DNA of 64,000 nt from Eledone cirrhosa (GCA_964016885.1 OZ024746.1:94922001-94986000), one strand, 5' to 3'. Shown: positions 1 to 13,633, numbered from the stretch's first letter. Numbers and translations: made by a program. The notes: generated by a model not told the origin, from the sequence alone.

Positions 1-2560
1 CCAAGTCTCAGACCGGTACAGCAGCACAGACTCCACTACAGCAATGAAGAGGCGGATTTTTAGGTCTTTACGAAGGTCCGACTTCCACACCGATCTCAAG
101 CTGTGGCATGCCGCCCAGGCTTTGCTCTTCATCTCAACTACATCATCTTCCGTATTCCCAATCTTTTCTCCCAAATACAGGAAGTCCTCAACCAATTCTA
201 GCGGCTTCCCACCTACATTAGTGATCCTCTCTGGCCTCTCAACATTCTCTACCAGATATTTTGTTTTAGTCTCATTCATTCTCAGCCCCACACTCATCGA
301 CACAGTCTCAACCTCCTGCATCAAATCCTCTGCCTCCTTCACTGTATTTGTCACCAAAACTATGTCGTCGGCAAATTCAGCATCTGATATCTTTTTCGCC
401 TTAACTCTCCTGCTCTGAGCCGGTGCTACAGTAAAGCCAGAGTCCTGGTGTTTCTCCAGAGCAAGGCTCATACAATAGTCCACTACGATGATAAAAAGGT
501 AGGGAGCCAATGTATCTCCCTGGAGCACTCCAGCCAGTATCTCAAAGAACTCTGTCATCCCATCAGGTGTAATGACTTGGGCTTTGGTGTTGGTGTAGAG
601 GAGTGGGGATTCCATAAGCCTGTAAGATCTTCATCAGGCAGTGACGGTCCACAGAATCAAAGGCCTTCCTAAAGTCAATGAAAACCATGACCGCGGGAAG
701 GCACTTTGCTCTAGCTCCCTCTTGCCCTCCTTGATCCTCTTCTTGGCTCTCTGAAGCTCTTCTCTGGTGAAAGGCTCTGTCTCAATATCCAGTTCTTCAA
801 ACAGCCGCCTGATCTCCCCAGTGCTCTGGGATGTGGAGGGTGGCTCTCCTAGAAGGGTCCTAAATTGGTCTAGCCATTTCCTCTTCCTATCCTCGGGTCC
901 TGTTCCCTGGATCTGACTCGAACACCTTCTCTTCCTCCATGTGATCTCGTTGATGATCATCCAGCTCTCCTTTCATCCAGACCTGTCAACCCCTCTCTCC
1001 ACACATCTGATCTTCTCTATCAGTGCCTCCTCTCTGGCCCCAGTGTAAGCGGTATAGAGTTCTTCCCTCATCACCTCCACAGTCTCCACCCTCTTCTCCG
1101 TAGGATCAGCATAGAATTGGTCCTTGGCAGCTTTCAGGTGTTCTCTGGTTGCACACACTTTTGGTTCTGCAGAGCTGACGTGCTTCCTTTTGTTCTTTCC
1201 CCTCGGCACCAGGTTCTCACTTGCCTCCGCCACTGCATTGGTGAAGCGCCCGTAGCTCCTCGTCACACTCTCCTCGGTCCATCCAATTTCTCTCTCCTTT
1301 GTCTCTCCACACAGAGCACTGAACCTGTTCCTCACTTCCACTGTGAACCTCTCCTGTAGCTTATCATCTTCCTTGAAAGCTCACCAGTCATAGATTGCTC
1401 TCTGGGGTTGAGCCTTGCTCTTTCTTAAGCTCACCCGGACCTCACTCATAACAAGCCGGTGGTCACTACCCAGTGTACTGAAATAGTTGTATGGTTCTGT
1501 GTTCAGAACACTATTCCGCCACTTTTTCCTCACCAGAATGAAATCAATCTGGGACTTAAACAGGTGCATATCTGAGATGTAGGTCTACATCTTCCCCGGA
1601 TTCTTCCTAAACCTTAGGTTGGTCGCTATCAAGTTCGCCTCCAGCAGGGTGTCTTTCAGTAGTCTTCCATTTCGGTTGGTGTTGTTATGGAAGTACCAGC
1701 AAGGATCTTCACTGCCCTCCTTACTCAGATGTGCATTGAAGTCCCCCAAAACAAGCAGGATGTTGTGTGCTTGTGTGGTGTTGACAGCTCTACACACCTC
1801 CTCATGGAACTCTTCCGCACTCACATCACTGTCTCCCTCGGTTGGACTATAGGCTGAGATGACTGTCAGTCTTGGGTTTCCATTGAAGGTCACTCTCAAC
1901 ACTCGCGGGGAGACAGACATTATTTCCCTCACCAATAGACTGGTTTTTGTGCTGAAAACAAAACCCACTCCTCCCACTGCAGCATTGGTCATGTTCCTCA
2001 CTGCCGATGTGGTGATGAGCTGGCTCCTCATCCCAATCATCACACTCCTCACGGGCTCATCGTGTAGGATCCTGTGTTCTTGGATCGCAAGTATCTGTAT
2101 ATCACTTTCCTTGAACAGATGTCCCAACTCCTCTCTCTTCTCCAGCGCCCGAATAGTCCTCCCATTCAAAGTGCCCATTTTGATGTCTCTTCGGGACAAA
2201 ACTGCATTCTTTATATTTGTTTCAGAGACAGCTGATCCATCATCCACTGGCCCTCCCTGTGGCTCTAAGCCAGCAGAGTCATAACGACCAGACTGCTCCT
2301 TTACAGTGTAATTAGGGGCTCTAACCCTAGTGCTGTTAGATAGACTCTCCATATTTCTTTTCAATGGCTGACAATACCTTACCGGCGCCACTCGAATAAG
2401 GTAGTTATTTAACCCATAAATGGGGCCCTAACAGGTACTACTACTCCGGGCCAGAGCAGACCTGGGAGTTATGACAACTAAGGGTAACTCCACCTTCCCC
2501 ACAGCTCCTGAACTCCCGAACTGGAGCCTTGCCACTGGATGTAGTTTAATGTCATACACG
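1..2560 (-). mobile_element. Degenerate RTE-like LINE (AP endonuclease plus RT), 5' portion; runs off the left edge
   Basis: ORF 1585-2391 has APE motifs (GTLNGRT, ILAIQEH, VISAYSPT, LVLGDFNA). ORF 1381-1569 has QIDFIL..SDHRLV. Minus-strand 1-600 reads GVLQGDTLAPYLF..FADD..FLYLG..LLYRSETW (RT). Stops, frameshifts and an internal RT deletion near 600-720. Confidence 0.9.
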
Positions 2561-2970
2561 ATATATACACATATACACTATATATACACTATATATACAC
2601 TATATATACACTATATATACACTATACACTATATATACACTATACACTATATATACACTATATATACACTATACACTATATATACACTATACACACTATA
2701 TACACTATATATACACTATATACACTATATACACTATATATACACTATATATACACTATACACTATATATACACTATATATACACTATATATACACAATA
2801 AACACTATATATACACTATAACGACTATATATACACTATATATACACTATATACACATTATAGATACACTATACACTATATATACACTATATATACATTA
2901 TATAAACACTATATATACATTATATAAACACTATATAACCACTATATATACACTATAACGACTATATATG
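2561..2970. repeat. (TATATACAC)n-type minisatellite
   Basis: Tandem variants of tatatacac/tatacac read directly. Confidence 0.95.
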
Positions 2971-3019
2971 ATGTCCAAAGAAAAGGAAATGACTGGTATA
3001 GCTTGATACGAGTGTCATC

Positions 3020-3168
3020 GAAAGTCATTTTTTCCCTGTGAATGGACTGGAGCAACGTGCAAAAGTATCTTGCTCAAGGACTCAACGAACCGTCTGATCC
3101 GGGAATCGACCTCACGACCTTACAGTCGTGTATCCATCGCCCTAATCACAAAGATACACGCCTTCACT
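3020..3168 (-). mobile_element. tRNA-derived CORE-type SINE (family B)
   Basis: Reverse complement: gtgaaggcgtg head, gtcgattcc B-box, gtccttgagcaagatacttt core. Matches other copies in the window. Confidence 0.75.
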
Positions 3169-3354
3169 GTGTTCTTTTATAAGTCTCATTCCCGGAGAAA
3201 GAAGATGAATCCTTACACTAATGTTAGAAATCTTAGATAACTTGCAGTTAACCTTTACGATCCCACCGTGGCCCTCTTTAGTGATTATCTTTCGGGAGGT
3301 CGAGAAAATATATTGTCAGTGAGGTACTGGGTTTCAATTAGTCGGGTATAAAGA

Positions 3355-3620
3355 AGGTGATGGTGCCTGGTTTAGTCTTTATATGTTGTACTTATGATTG
3401 TAATACTCTGAGTTCAACTCCCATAATGGTCAATGAGCAAGACACTTTATTTCATGTTGCTCAAGTCCGCTCACGTACACAAAATACGTCGTGTCTGCAA
3501 TTCAAAAGGACGGTTTTCTACATTCGGTGTCATGCTGAATCTACATAAGAATTGCGTTAGGGGTGCATGCGTCGATCGAGTCCTCAGGCAATTGCATATT
3601 AATTCCATGAGCAGACTGTT
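3355..3620 (+). mobile_element. SINE family B, degenerate
   Basis: gagttcaactcc B-box and tgagcaagacactttatttcatgttgctc core. Confidence 0.65.
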
Positions 3621-3699
3621 AATATTTTAATCATATCTCATTGTATACATACTGCAGACAAATTACATTGTAACTATTAAAGGAAATAAACTTTGTTTA

Positions 3700-4047
3700 G
3701 GGACACAACACTATGGTAAAGGACGAGTGTCTACACGTGAGAACACAGATACCTAAATATGGAATGTTACGCGATACCCCCCTCTCCCCCACAGCCCCGG
3801 CGGACAGAATGGAGAAGGCGTTCCCCCAGAGGTAGGCAAGGGAGGCCCGCTGGAAAAGCCACTCCAACTCGCGGGGTTCACACCTGCGGCTGGCCAGCTC
3901 AGCGCCTATGGTGGTGAGTAGGGAGGTAGCCCTAGAGCCGAGGACACCAGAAGTCTCCACTGCCAGGGGTACAACCGCAAACCTGTCGGAGAGCGACCGG
4001 TATTTGAGGAGCTTGGCCTCCTCAGCCCGACGTGCAGCAGAACCTGT
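3700..4047 (-). mobile_element. CRE-clade non-LTR retrotransposon 3' fragment (restriction-like endonuclease end plus 3' UTR)
   Basis: Translates as GSAARRAEEAKLLKYRSLSDRFAVVPLAVETSG..WLFQRASLAYLWGNAFSIL, the typical CRE C-terminus. Near-identical to 40727-41165. Confidence 0.8.
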
Positions 4048-4429
4048 GTTAGTTGGAATGCTCGTCGTCGTAAACGATGGAGGTCCAACATTATCAACAA
4101 CAACAATAACAACAAAAGCAAGAACAAAGGCAGCAGCATTACAATAAATGACACTCACCCAAGTACACAAAAACAACTACTTGCACCGTACACAAAAAAA
4201 AAATGTGCGCTTGGGCCAATGTTGGGAGGATATATTAGGCCGTTCGATCGATCGATCTCGGTTTCAACGGTGTGTGTTCCAGTTGTCCAGCCTGTTCATG
4301 AAATTATTATGTAAGTGGCTGAGCATTCTGCAGATACTTTAATATAATTCTCAAGGAAATACGGCTAGAAGCAGTGTGTGAAAAAGATGGCCTTTTGAAT
4401 TACAGGCCCAGTCAATCTGATGGACTTCC

Positions 4430-4620
4430 AAATAGTTGCGAGATGGAATGGCTCTCCAAAGCATCTCACTTTCCGTCCTCCGGGTAAACGCCGTCTCCAT
4501 TATATCCACCGGAGCTGGAGGTGTCCAGAACGTGGGACCCCATCTGCTCACTATACCGAGAGATGAGGAGGGCGAGAGAGATCGGGGCGACGACGGTGAG
4601 AGTTCGGCTCTTCCGCGTTT
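4430..4620 (+). mobile_element. CRE-clade 3' end fragment, diverged subfamily
   Basis: LQSISLSVLRVNAVSII corresponds to FQRVSLAVLRGNAFSIL. Downstream sequence matches the copies at 50800 and 52700. Confidence 0.6.
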
Positions 4621-4914
4621 GGACACATTGAAGTGTATATTGATGTACGTATTGTAAATGTAGTTGGTGTTAAGAAGAGCACCCAGCTGTAAAACCCTCG
4701 GCCAAATGTACAGTCCCGTCGGAGTAAGGTAGAGCATGGCCAGTCCTGGCCAGACTTGTCTTCCCACGTCGACGACCCGTCTAGTCCATAATCCAAATAA
4801 TTTATATCTACACAATCTTACTCACAATCTTACTCAAACCGAGACTACAATAAATGACACTCACCCAAGATGACGACGACGATGGTGCTGGTGCTGGTGA
4901 TGATGGAAACAATT

Positions 4915-5090
4915 ATAATTGTTTCTACTTTTTGGCACAAGGCCAGCAATTACCCAGTGTATTACTGGTACTTTATTTTATCGACCTCCGTAAGGAGGAA
5001 AGGCAAAGTTAACCTCGGCAGGATTTGAACTCAGAATGGCAAGGGCCGTAACTCTGTGCGTCAAAGCATGGCGTCCGACCCTCTACCGAT
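4915..5090 (-). mobile_element. tRNA-derived SINE family A (Meta/Nin-like central domain)
   Basis: Reverse complement: ctgagttcaaatcc..ttaactttgcctttcctccttacggaggtcgataaaataaagtaccag..ggccttgtgccaaaaagtagaaac. Confidence 0.85.
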
Positions 5091-5096
5091 ATAATC

Positions 5097-6640
5097 ATGG
5101 TGGTTGATGGAAGTAGCTATTCCGACAAATGTGGTGGTGGTGGAGGTGGTGGTGGGGTAGTGGTGGTGGTGGTGGTGGTGATAATGGTGGTGGTAGTATT
5201 GGTGGTGGTGGTGGTGGTGGTGGTGGAGGTAGTGGTGGTGGTGGTGGTGGTGTTAGTGGTGGTGGTGGTGGTGGTGGAGGTGGTGGAGGGGTAGTGGTGG
5301 TGGTGGTATTGGTGGTAGTGGAGGTAGTGTTGGTGGTGGTGGTGGAGGTAGTGGTGGTATTGGTGGTGGTGGTGGTGTTAGTGGGGGTATTGGTGGTGGT
5401 GGAGGTAGTGTTGGTGGTGGTCGTGGAGGTAGTGGTGGTATTGGTGGTGGTGCTGGTATTGTTGGTTATGGTGGTGGTTATGGTGGTGGTGGCGGTGATT
5501 ATGATGGTGGTGGTGGTGGTTATGGTGGTTATGGTGGTGGTGGTAGTGGTGGTGGTGGTTATGGTGGTGATGGTGGTTATGGTGGTGGTGGTAGTGGTGG
5601 TGGTGGTTATGGTGGTGATGGTGGTTATGGTGGTGGTGGTTATGGTGGTGATGGTGGTTATGGTGGTGGTGGTAGTGGTGGTGGTGGTTATGGTGGTGAT
5701 GGTGGTTATGGTGGTGGTGGTAGTGGTGATGGTGGTTATGGTGGTGATGGTGGTTATGGTGGTGGTGGTAGTGGTGGTGGTGGTTATGGTGGTGATGGTG
5801 GTTATGGTGGTGGTGGTAGTGGTGGTGGTTATGGTGGTGATGGTGGTTATGGTGGTGGTGGTAGTGGTGGTGGTGGTTATGGTGGTGATGGTGGTTATGG
5901 TGGTGGTGGTAGTGGTGGTGGTGGTTATGGTGGTGATGGTGGTTATGGTGGTGGTGGTAGTGGTGGTGGTTATGGTGGTGATGGTGGTTATGGTGGTGGT
6001 GGTAGTGGTGGTGGTGGTTATGGTGGTGATGGTAGTTATGGTGGTGGTGGTAGTGGTGGTGGTGGTTATGGTGGTGATGGTGGTTATGGTGGTGGTGGTA
6101 GTGGTGGTGGTGGTTATGGTGGTGATGGTGGTTATGGTGGTGGTGTTAGTGGTGGTGGTGGTTATGGTGGTGATGGTGGTTATGGTGGTGGTTATGGTGG
6201 TGATCGTGGTTATGGTGGTGGTGGTAGTGGTGGTTGTTATGGCGGTGATGGTAGTTATGGTGGTGGTGGTAGTGGTGGCGGTGATGGTGGTTATGGTGGT
6301 GGTGGTAGTGGTGGTGGTGGTTATGGTGGTGATGGTGGTTATGGTGGTGGTGGTAGTGGTGGTGGTGGTTATGGTGGTGATGGTGGTTATGGTGGTGGTG
6401 GTAGTGGTTGTGGTGGTTATGGTGGTGATTGTGGTTATGGTGGTGGTGGTAGTGGTGGCGGTGATGGTGGTTATGGTGGTGGTGGTAATGGTTGTGGTGG
6501 TTATGGTGGTGATGGTGGTTATGGTGGTGGTGGTAGTGGTGGCGGTGATGGTGGTTATGGTGGTGGTGATAGTGGTCGTGGTGGTGATTATGGGGGGGTG
6601 GTAGTGGTGGTGGTAGTGGTTATGGGGGCGGTCGTGGTGG
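5097..6640. repeat. (GGT)n-derived minisatellite with a 45-48 bp higher-order unit
   Basis: Unit ggttatggtggtgatggtggttatggtggtggtggtagtggtggtggt repeated many times between about 5520 and 6560. Confidence 0.9.
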
Positions 6641-6824
6641 TGGTGGCGGCAGCTGTGTTTGCCGTCGTCGCCGCCGTCATCATCATTGTTGTGGTGGAGA
6701 CGGTGACAACACCGCCGCCGCCGCCATCATGGAACACAATAAAAAAGACGCCATCTTGTTATTCTATTGCAAAATTCCAAAGAAATTTCTCGTATTTTCG
6801 TTATCATTGCAACACTTCTTTATA

Positions 6825-7740
6825 GTGTTGTTGTTGTTGTTGGTGGTGGTGGTGTTGTTGTAGGTAGTGGTGGTGGGGAAGTAGTGCAGTGGTGGTGGTG
6901 GTGGTGTAGTGGAGAAGTGGTGGTGTGTGGAGAAGTGGTGGGGAGGTGGTGGTGGTGGTGGTGGTGGAGGTGTGGTGGTAGTGGGGCGTGGTGGTAGTGG
7001 GGGAGTGGTGTAGTGGTGTAGTGGTGGGGGCGTGGTGGTAGTGGGGGAGTGGTGTAGTGGTGGTGGTAGTGGCGGAGTGGTAGTAGTAGGGGCGTCGTTG
7101 TTGTGGGGGAGTGGTGTAGTGGTGGGGGCGTGGTGGTAGTGGGGGAGTGGTGTAGTGGTGATGGTGGGACGTGGTGGTAGTGGTGGTGGTAAGGAAGTGG
7201 TAGTGGTGGTAGTGGGAGAGTGGTGTAGTAATGATGGGAGCGTGGTGGTGGTGGTGTAATGGTGGTGGTAGTGTAGTGGTGATGGTGGAGTTGTTAGTGC
7301 TGATGTTGTTGCTGCTGCTAGTGGTTGTGGTGTTATTGGGGGAGGGATGTAGTGGTGGTGGTTGTAGTAGGTGTGTGGCGTAGTGGTGGTGTTGCTGGCA
7401 GTGGTAGTGGTGGTGTTGGTAGTGGAGTTGGTAGTGGTGGTTGTAGTGGTGGTGGTGTTGATAGTGGTGGTGGTGGTAGTGGTGGTGTTGGTAGTGGTGG
7501 CGGTAGTCATGGTCGCGGTGGTCGTGGTGGTGGTAGTGGTGGTGGTGGTAGTGGTGTTGTTGGTAGTAGTAGTGTTGGTAGTGGTGGCGGTAGTAGTAGT
7601 GTTGGTAGTGGTGGCGGTAGTAGTAGTGTTGGTAGTGGTGGCGGTGGTCGTGGTGGTAATATTGTTAGTGCTAGTGTTAATACTGATATTGATGATGGTG
7701 GTGGTGTTGCAGGTGGTGGTAGTGTGTGTGGTGTAGTGGT
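6825..7740. repeat. G/T-rich cryptic simple repeat (GGT/AGT)
   Basis: Read directly. Confidence 0.9.
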
Positions 7741-8765
<1,025 letters not shown>

Positions 8766-8849
8766 TGATGAATCAGTTGAAAACTATTTTGGCAGCAGTC
8801 CTCTTTCTCTTTTCCATCGCTTCTCTTGTGATTTTTTTTCTTCAATTAT

Positions 8850-9620
8850 ATCTCCTCTTTCTTTCTTTCCTTCTTCCATTCGTTCTTTCTTTCCTTCTTC
8901 CTTTCTTCCTTTCCTTCCTTTCCTTCCTTTCCTTCTTTCTTTTCTTTCTCTCTTGCTTTCTTGTTTTTTCTCTTTTTTTCTTCTTGTTTCTTTCTTTTTT
9001 CTTTCTTTTTCTTTCTTTTTTCTTTCTTTTTTCTTTCTTTTTTCTTTCTTTCTTTTTTCTTTCTTTCTTTCTTTCTTTCTTTTTTTCTTTCTCTTTTCTT
9101 TCTTTTTTCTTTCTTTCTTTTTTCTTTCTTTCTTTTTTCTTTCTTTCTTCGTCGTCCATTCTTTCTTTATATATTTCTTGTTTCCATTAATACTTTTCCG
9201 TTTTCTTCTTTTTCACCTTCTCGTCTTCTTCCTCTTTTCTTTTCTTCTTCGTCTTCTTCTCCTCATCCTCATCTAGCTCAACCCTGTTCTCATCTTTTTC
9301 CTATTCTTCCATCATCTCTTTTTCCTTCCCCCTTTTTCCTCTTTCGCTCATCCGCGCCTCCTTCTCTCAAACTCTTCTTTTTCTCTCCTCCACATCTTCT
9401 TCCCCCACCCCTCACTCCTCCCCTCCCATCTCCCCCTCTCCCCCCTTCCATCACCTCCATCACCTCCATCACCTCCATCACCTCCCTCCTCCCAACCGTG
9501 TTGTCCATTTCACCATTTATCACGTCTATTATTTTCATTCATATATTTGCCTCTTCCTCTTCTTTTCTTCTTTTCTTCTTTTCTTCTTTTTCTTCTTCCT
9601 TTTTGTTGATTTTTTTATTA
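8850..9620. repeat. Polypyrimidine (CTTT/CTT/CCT) low-complexity tract
   Basis: Read directly. Confidence 0.9.
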
Positions 9621-9649
9621 TTTCATCTTCGTTTTGGTTAATTTCTTTA

Positions 9650-10082
9650 CAACAGCAACAACAACAACAACAACAACAGCAACAACAACAACAACAGCAA
9701 CAACAACAGCAACAACAACAACAGCAGCAACAACAGTAACAACAACAACAACAACGGTAACAACAACAGCAACAGCAACAACAACAACAGCAATAACAGC
9801 AACAACAACAACAGCAACAACAGCAACAACAGCAACAACAACAACAACAACAGCAACAGCATCAGCAGCGACTACAATAATAACAACAGCAACAACAACA
9901 GCAACAGCAACAACAACAGCAACAACAACAACAACAGCAACAACAACAGCAACAGCAACAACAACAGCATCAGCAGCAACTGCACTACGCAAACAACAAA
10001 TACAACACAAACAATAAAAACAAATGTAACAAAAACAATAACAACGGTAACAGTTGCAACAACAACATAAACAACAACAACA
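9650..10082. repeat. (AAC/AGC)n microsatellite
   Basis: Read directly. Confidence 0.95.
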
Positions 10083-10249
10083 TTAATAACTCTTTCTAAT
10101 TTTGGCACAAGGCCAGCAATTTGAAGGGGACGAGAATCTCAATGAAATCGACGCCAGTGCGTTATTTTATCGACCCCTTAAGGATTAAACTCAGTGGGAT
10201 TTGAACTCAGAACGTAACTATATGCTGCAAAGCCCTGGAAGACATTATG

Positions 10250-10690
10250 GCCGATGTAGAGTATACGCCGACACATAAGTGCTCTTCAAAACCGAAGCTC
10301 TACTTCCCAAGCTTTCTGCGGTCTCCGTTCGGACATAACAATTCGTATTATAAACTTGGTACCAAGGAAAATCTTTGAGATGACTTTTTCATGTTAATTT
10401 AACCACATCATGAGACTTATGACTGGCAAGCGGCGGCTCAGCGACCGTATCTGTATCAGTGAGCTGCTCAACATTACCAAACTTAGACCAATTACATCAA
10501 TTGTCAAGTCAAGAGTACTCAAACTATACGGTCGTGGTGTGAGTAGGTTATGTCTGGAAAGAAGGTTGGTTGGTAAAAGAAGCAGAGGCCAGCAGCCAAA
10601 ACGATGGCTTGATAATGTCAACTTATAGACTGGAATTGATCTTTGCTCTTTGAACTCTGCTGCTGGTGATCAAACTTTGTGGAGAGAGCT
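10250..10690 (+). mobile_element. RTE-like LINE 3' fragment
   Basis: ITSIVKSRVLKLYG..GKRSRGQQPKRWLD C-terminal motif. Second copy at 52235-52667. Confidence 0.75.
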
Positions 10691-11034
10691 TTTTGCCCTC
10701 AAAAGATAAATGGGAAGCACAGGGCTCCCTTGCTGCGAATACCAAGACACCAAAAGCCACAATAGCAAGAAAGCCAACAGCAGACAACAACAACCGCAGA
10801 AAGAACAGCATCTCCAGCACCACCACCAACAGCAGCAGTAGAAACACTTGAAAATCCAGCAATATCACCAAAAGCAACAACAGAACCCCAACGAAGAATT
10901 GATGGCTTTCATAACACGCAGTAAAGATCTTGAGGAAGAGGGGTAGATTTTCATCAAACATTAATAATGGTCCGCATACCCCTGGAAAATATATATAAAC
11001 ATTAGAGATAATAATTAGATAGTTTGTTGTTTTT

Positions 11035-11995
11035 TTTTATTAAGCTAGCAGATAGGGATAGCGTAAGGTATCTACGATTACAAATAGTCGCCTACTTAGA
11101 CCACAAGTTTGTGATCTGCATGTGTAACCTAGATAGAAAACGCAGACAGGGACCCAGTTATTTGAAACTTAACGCGTTGTTTCCCGCGCGTAAAATCTAT
11201 AAAGACCGGATTGGTATATTAGTTAAGCTGCTGTGGACAGGGGCAATCGTCAAGAAAGGTGGCGGTACGTTATAATGATAGCGATTAGAGTAGAACCAAT
11301 ATATTTTAGTAAAGATAGGAGAGTTAGTGGCTAAACTAGATGTGACGATTAGGAGTGGCATTCCAGCCAACGTGCTAGCTGCGAGAATGACACTGGGCCA
11401 TTTTCTCAATGCGAAATACTTTCTCAATGACACGAAGGAACGAAATCCGTTCGATGGGCCCCAATGACATGCGCAGCATTTAGGTCTTTGGAAAACTAGG
11501 ATGGGCGCGTGCTACTGGAGCAGATGTAGGCTGTTTTCCAGCGCAATTTGCATAATTGTTCGAGACAAATGGAGGTTTACGAGGCGCAGATCGCCCGGTT
11601 CGGATGGTTGGCTATACGAGCTTTACGTAGATAAGCCAGACATGCTCGCTCATTGTCAGCAGAACGGGAAAATTCACAGTTCTGTAAGTCGGAAAGTAGT
11701 AAAATGGACGACATAATTGAATTTTCCCAACCCATAACTCAGCTCCATACACAATTTAAGATGTAAGGAAGGAGGTTGGGTTTGTCGACAAGAGTTTCGC
11801 TGAGGAAACCCCGACAGTTATATATATGACAACTTCCACCTCATACGATACATCATTGAGAGGGTAGGAAGTAAACCTGAATTCAGTGGGGCTCTGATCA
11901 ATTGGATAAATCGAAAGCGTTCTATGCAGTCGATCATCGCTACTTGAAGGGTGAGGACACCCTTCAAGTAGCTGATTTCCGTCCCATCTTCAAAC
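11035..11995 (+). mobile_element. Degenerate Tx1-like (L1 group) LINE ORF2 fragment
   Basis: DHKFV..GPSYLKLN (endonuclease end and linker), SPGSDGWLYELY (cf. SPGPDGLPYEFY), DKSKAFYAVDHRYL (cf. DxxKAFDRVDH). Many stops. Confidence 0.7.
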
Positions 11996-12400
11996 ACTAC
12001 TTTCTTCTTCCTGCCTTTTTCCTTCCTTCTTTCTTTTCTTATCTTTTGTTTGTCTCGCGAGACTTCCGTGCTGTAAAATTACAATACCTTCTCCCTGACG
12101 TAACATAAAATGCTATGAGCACATATTGTAGCTTAACTGCTATAAGTTAATTTTTTTATCTTGTCTCTTACTCCACGGACAGCTCTTTGGCTTGTGTCAG
12201 AAGCTGTGATCCAGGTTGGACCAGCAGTACCGTCAGTAGGGGTCGAAACTGCCAAAGCCTATATCAACGGCTGACGACTCAAGAGTAGTGTTTATCGTTT
12301 GTATTTTTATTTTCAAAAATACTTTTTTAAGGTTTCCCCTTCACAAAACGTTTTGCATTGATTTCGTTCATCGTCTTCTCTCTTTGTTAATTTTCTTAAC

Positions 12401-12490
<90 letters not shown>

Positions 12491-12684
12491 GTGTAGGTGA
12501 TTCAGTGAATTATTGGTACCAAAGCAAGCACTCTATGCTCAAGCAGAGTGTATATCGCCTGAAGAGTGTATCGCCTGAAGAAGATCGATAGTGGAGACGG
12601 GCACATAACTCCTACGAGTGGCCTAGGATAGTTTTGAGATTTGTCCCTCAGTACTTTCTGAGTTCAAGTCCTGTTGTTTGCCAG

Positions 12685-12778
12685 GACAGTAGGAAGAGGC
12701 GTGAAAGATGACCAGGAGATGTATCTGCAGATGTACAAGAAAGGACAGCAGTCGGTACAGTTTGAAAGGGACGAGGAC
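12685..12778 (+). CDS. Candidate internal exon (94 nt), product unknown
   Basis: Acceptor ctgttgtttgccag and donor GAC|gtaagt. Only one open frame: TVGRGVKDDQEMYLQMYKKGQQSVQFERDED. Non-repetitive within the window. No recognisable homology. Confidence 0.4.
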
Positions 12779-13121
12779 GTAAGTTTTCTTTTTTTCAGGG
12801 GGTGGGGACAGGGCTCTGTTTACTATCACCGACACTCATCACCTCCACCCACACTCATTACCTCTACCCACACTCACCACCTCCACCCACACTAATCACC
12901 TCTACCCACACTCATCACTAATTCTTTGCGAAACGTGCGATACACAATACATATCATATGCATGTAAACGAAATTTCCTCGTTTTTTCTAATATATATAT
13001 ATATACATATATATTTAAAAGTTAAACAAGGTTCAATGAATAAATCAAAGAATGAGTTTTACAATAGATTGCAAGCACTCAACAGCAATGGTTTTCCAGA
13101 GTTATTAATATTAATATATTA

Positions 13122-13161
<40 letters not shown>

Positions 13162-13241
13162 TACCCCGGCTCCGATCGGTGGTAACCACAGTAAGTAAGG
13201 TGATCAATACATAGCAGAGTATAAATATTTAATATAGAAAT

Positions 13242-13295
13242 GGCTTCTACAGGACTAGAACTGTTTCATTCGGTGGAAGAAATCATCAGGAAGCC
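13242..13295 (-). ncRNA. Type I hammerhead ribozyme motif
   Basis: Minus strand: GGCUUC-CUGAUGA-U-UUC(uuccacc)GAA-U-GAAA-CAG(uucuaguc)CUG-UA^-GAAGCC. All three stems close. Confidence 0.75.
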
Positions 13296-13352
13296 CTTCC
13301 TGATGATTTCTCCCGAATCAAACAGCTCTAGTAATTTCTATATTATATATAT

Positions 13353-13556
13353 ATTATACTTGGGGAGGGTCATATTGTTGTAATAATATTGCCAGAAATA
13401 ATAACAGAACACACTCACTGTTTGGTTGGATTTCGCTTCTGCATCTTTTATATCTCCATAGTTAATTTATTTGGCAATATTATTACAACAATATGACCCT
13501 CCCCAAGTATAACAATATTTGTTTCGACACACGATTTCATATCAAAAACCTTGCAA

Positions 13557-13562
<6 letters not shown>
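13353..13562. mobile_element. Fold-back element with a one-sided tail in (TA)n (PLE pLTR-like)
   Basis: About 40-bp inverted arms (13353-13395 and 13472-13512) plus a tail. Same arm core and tail as 20765-21052. Confidence 0.55.

Positions 13563-13633
<71 letters not shown>

Noticed and set aside
12555-12610. CUGAAGA motifs as a hammerhead
   Set aside because: No GAAA, stem III or stem I closure; a short local duplication.
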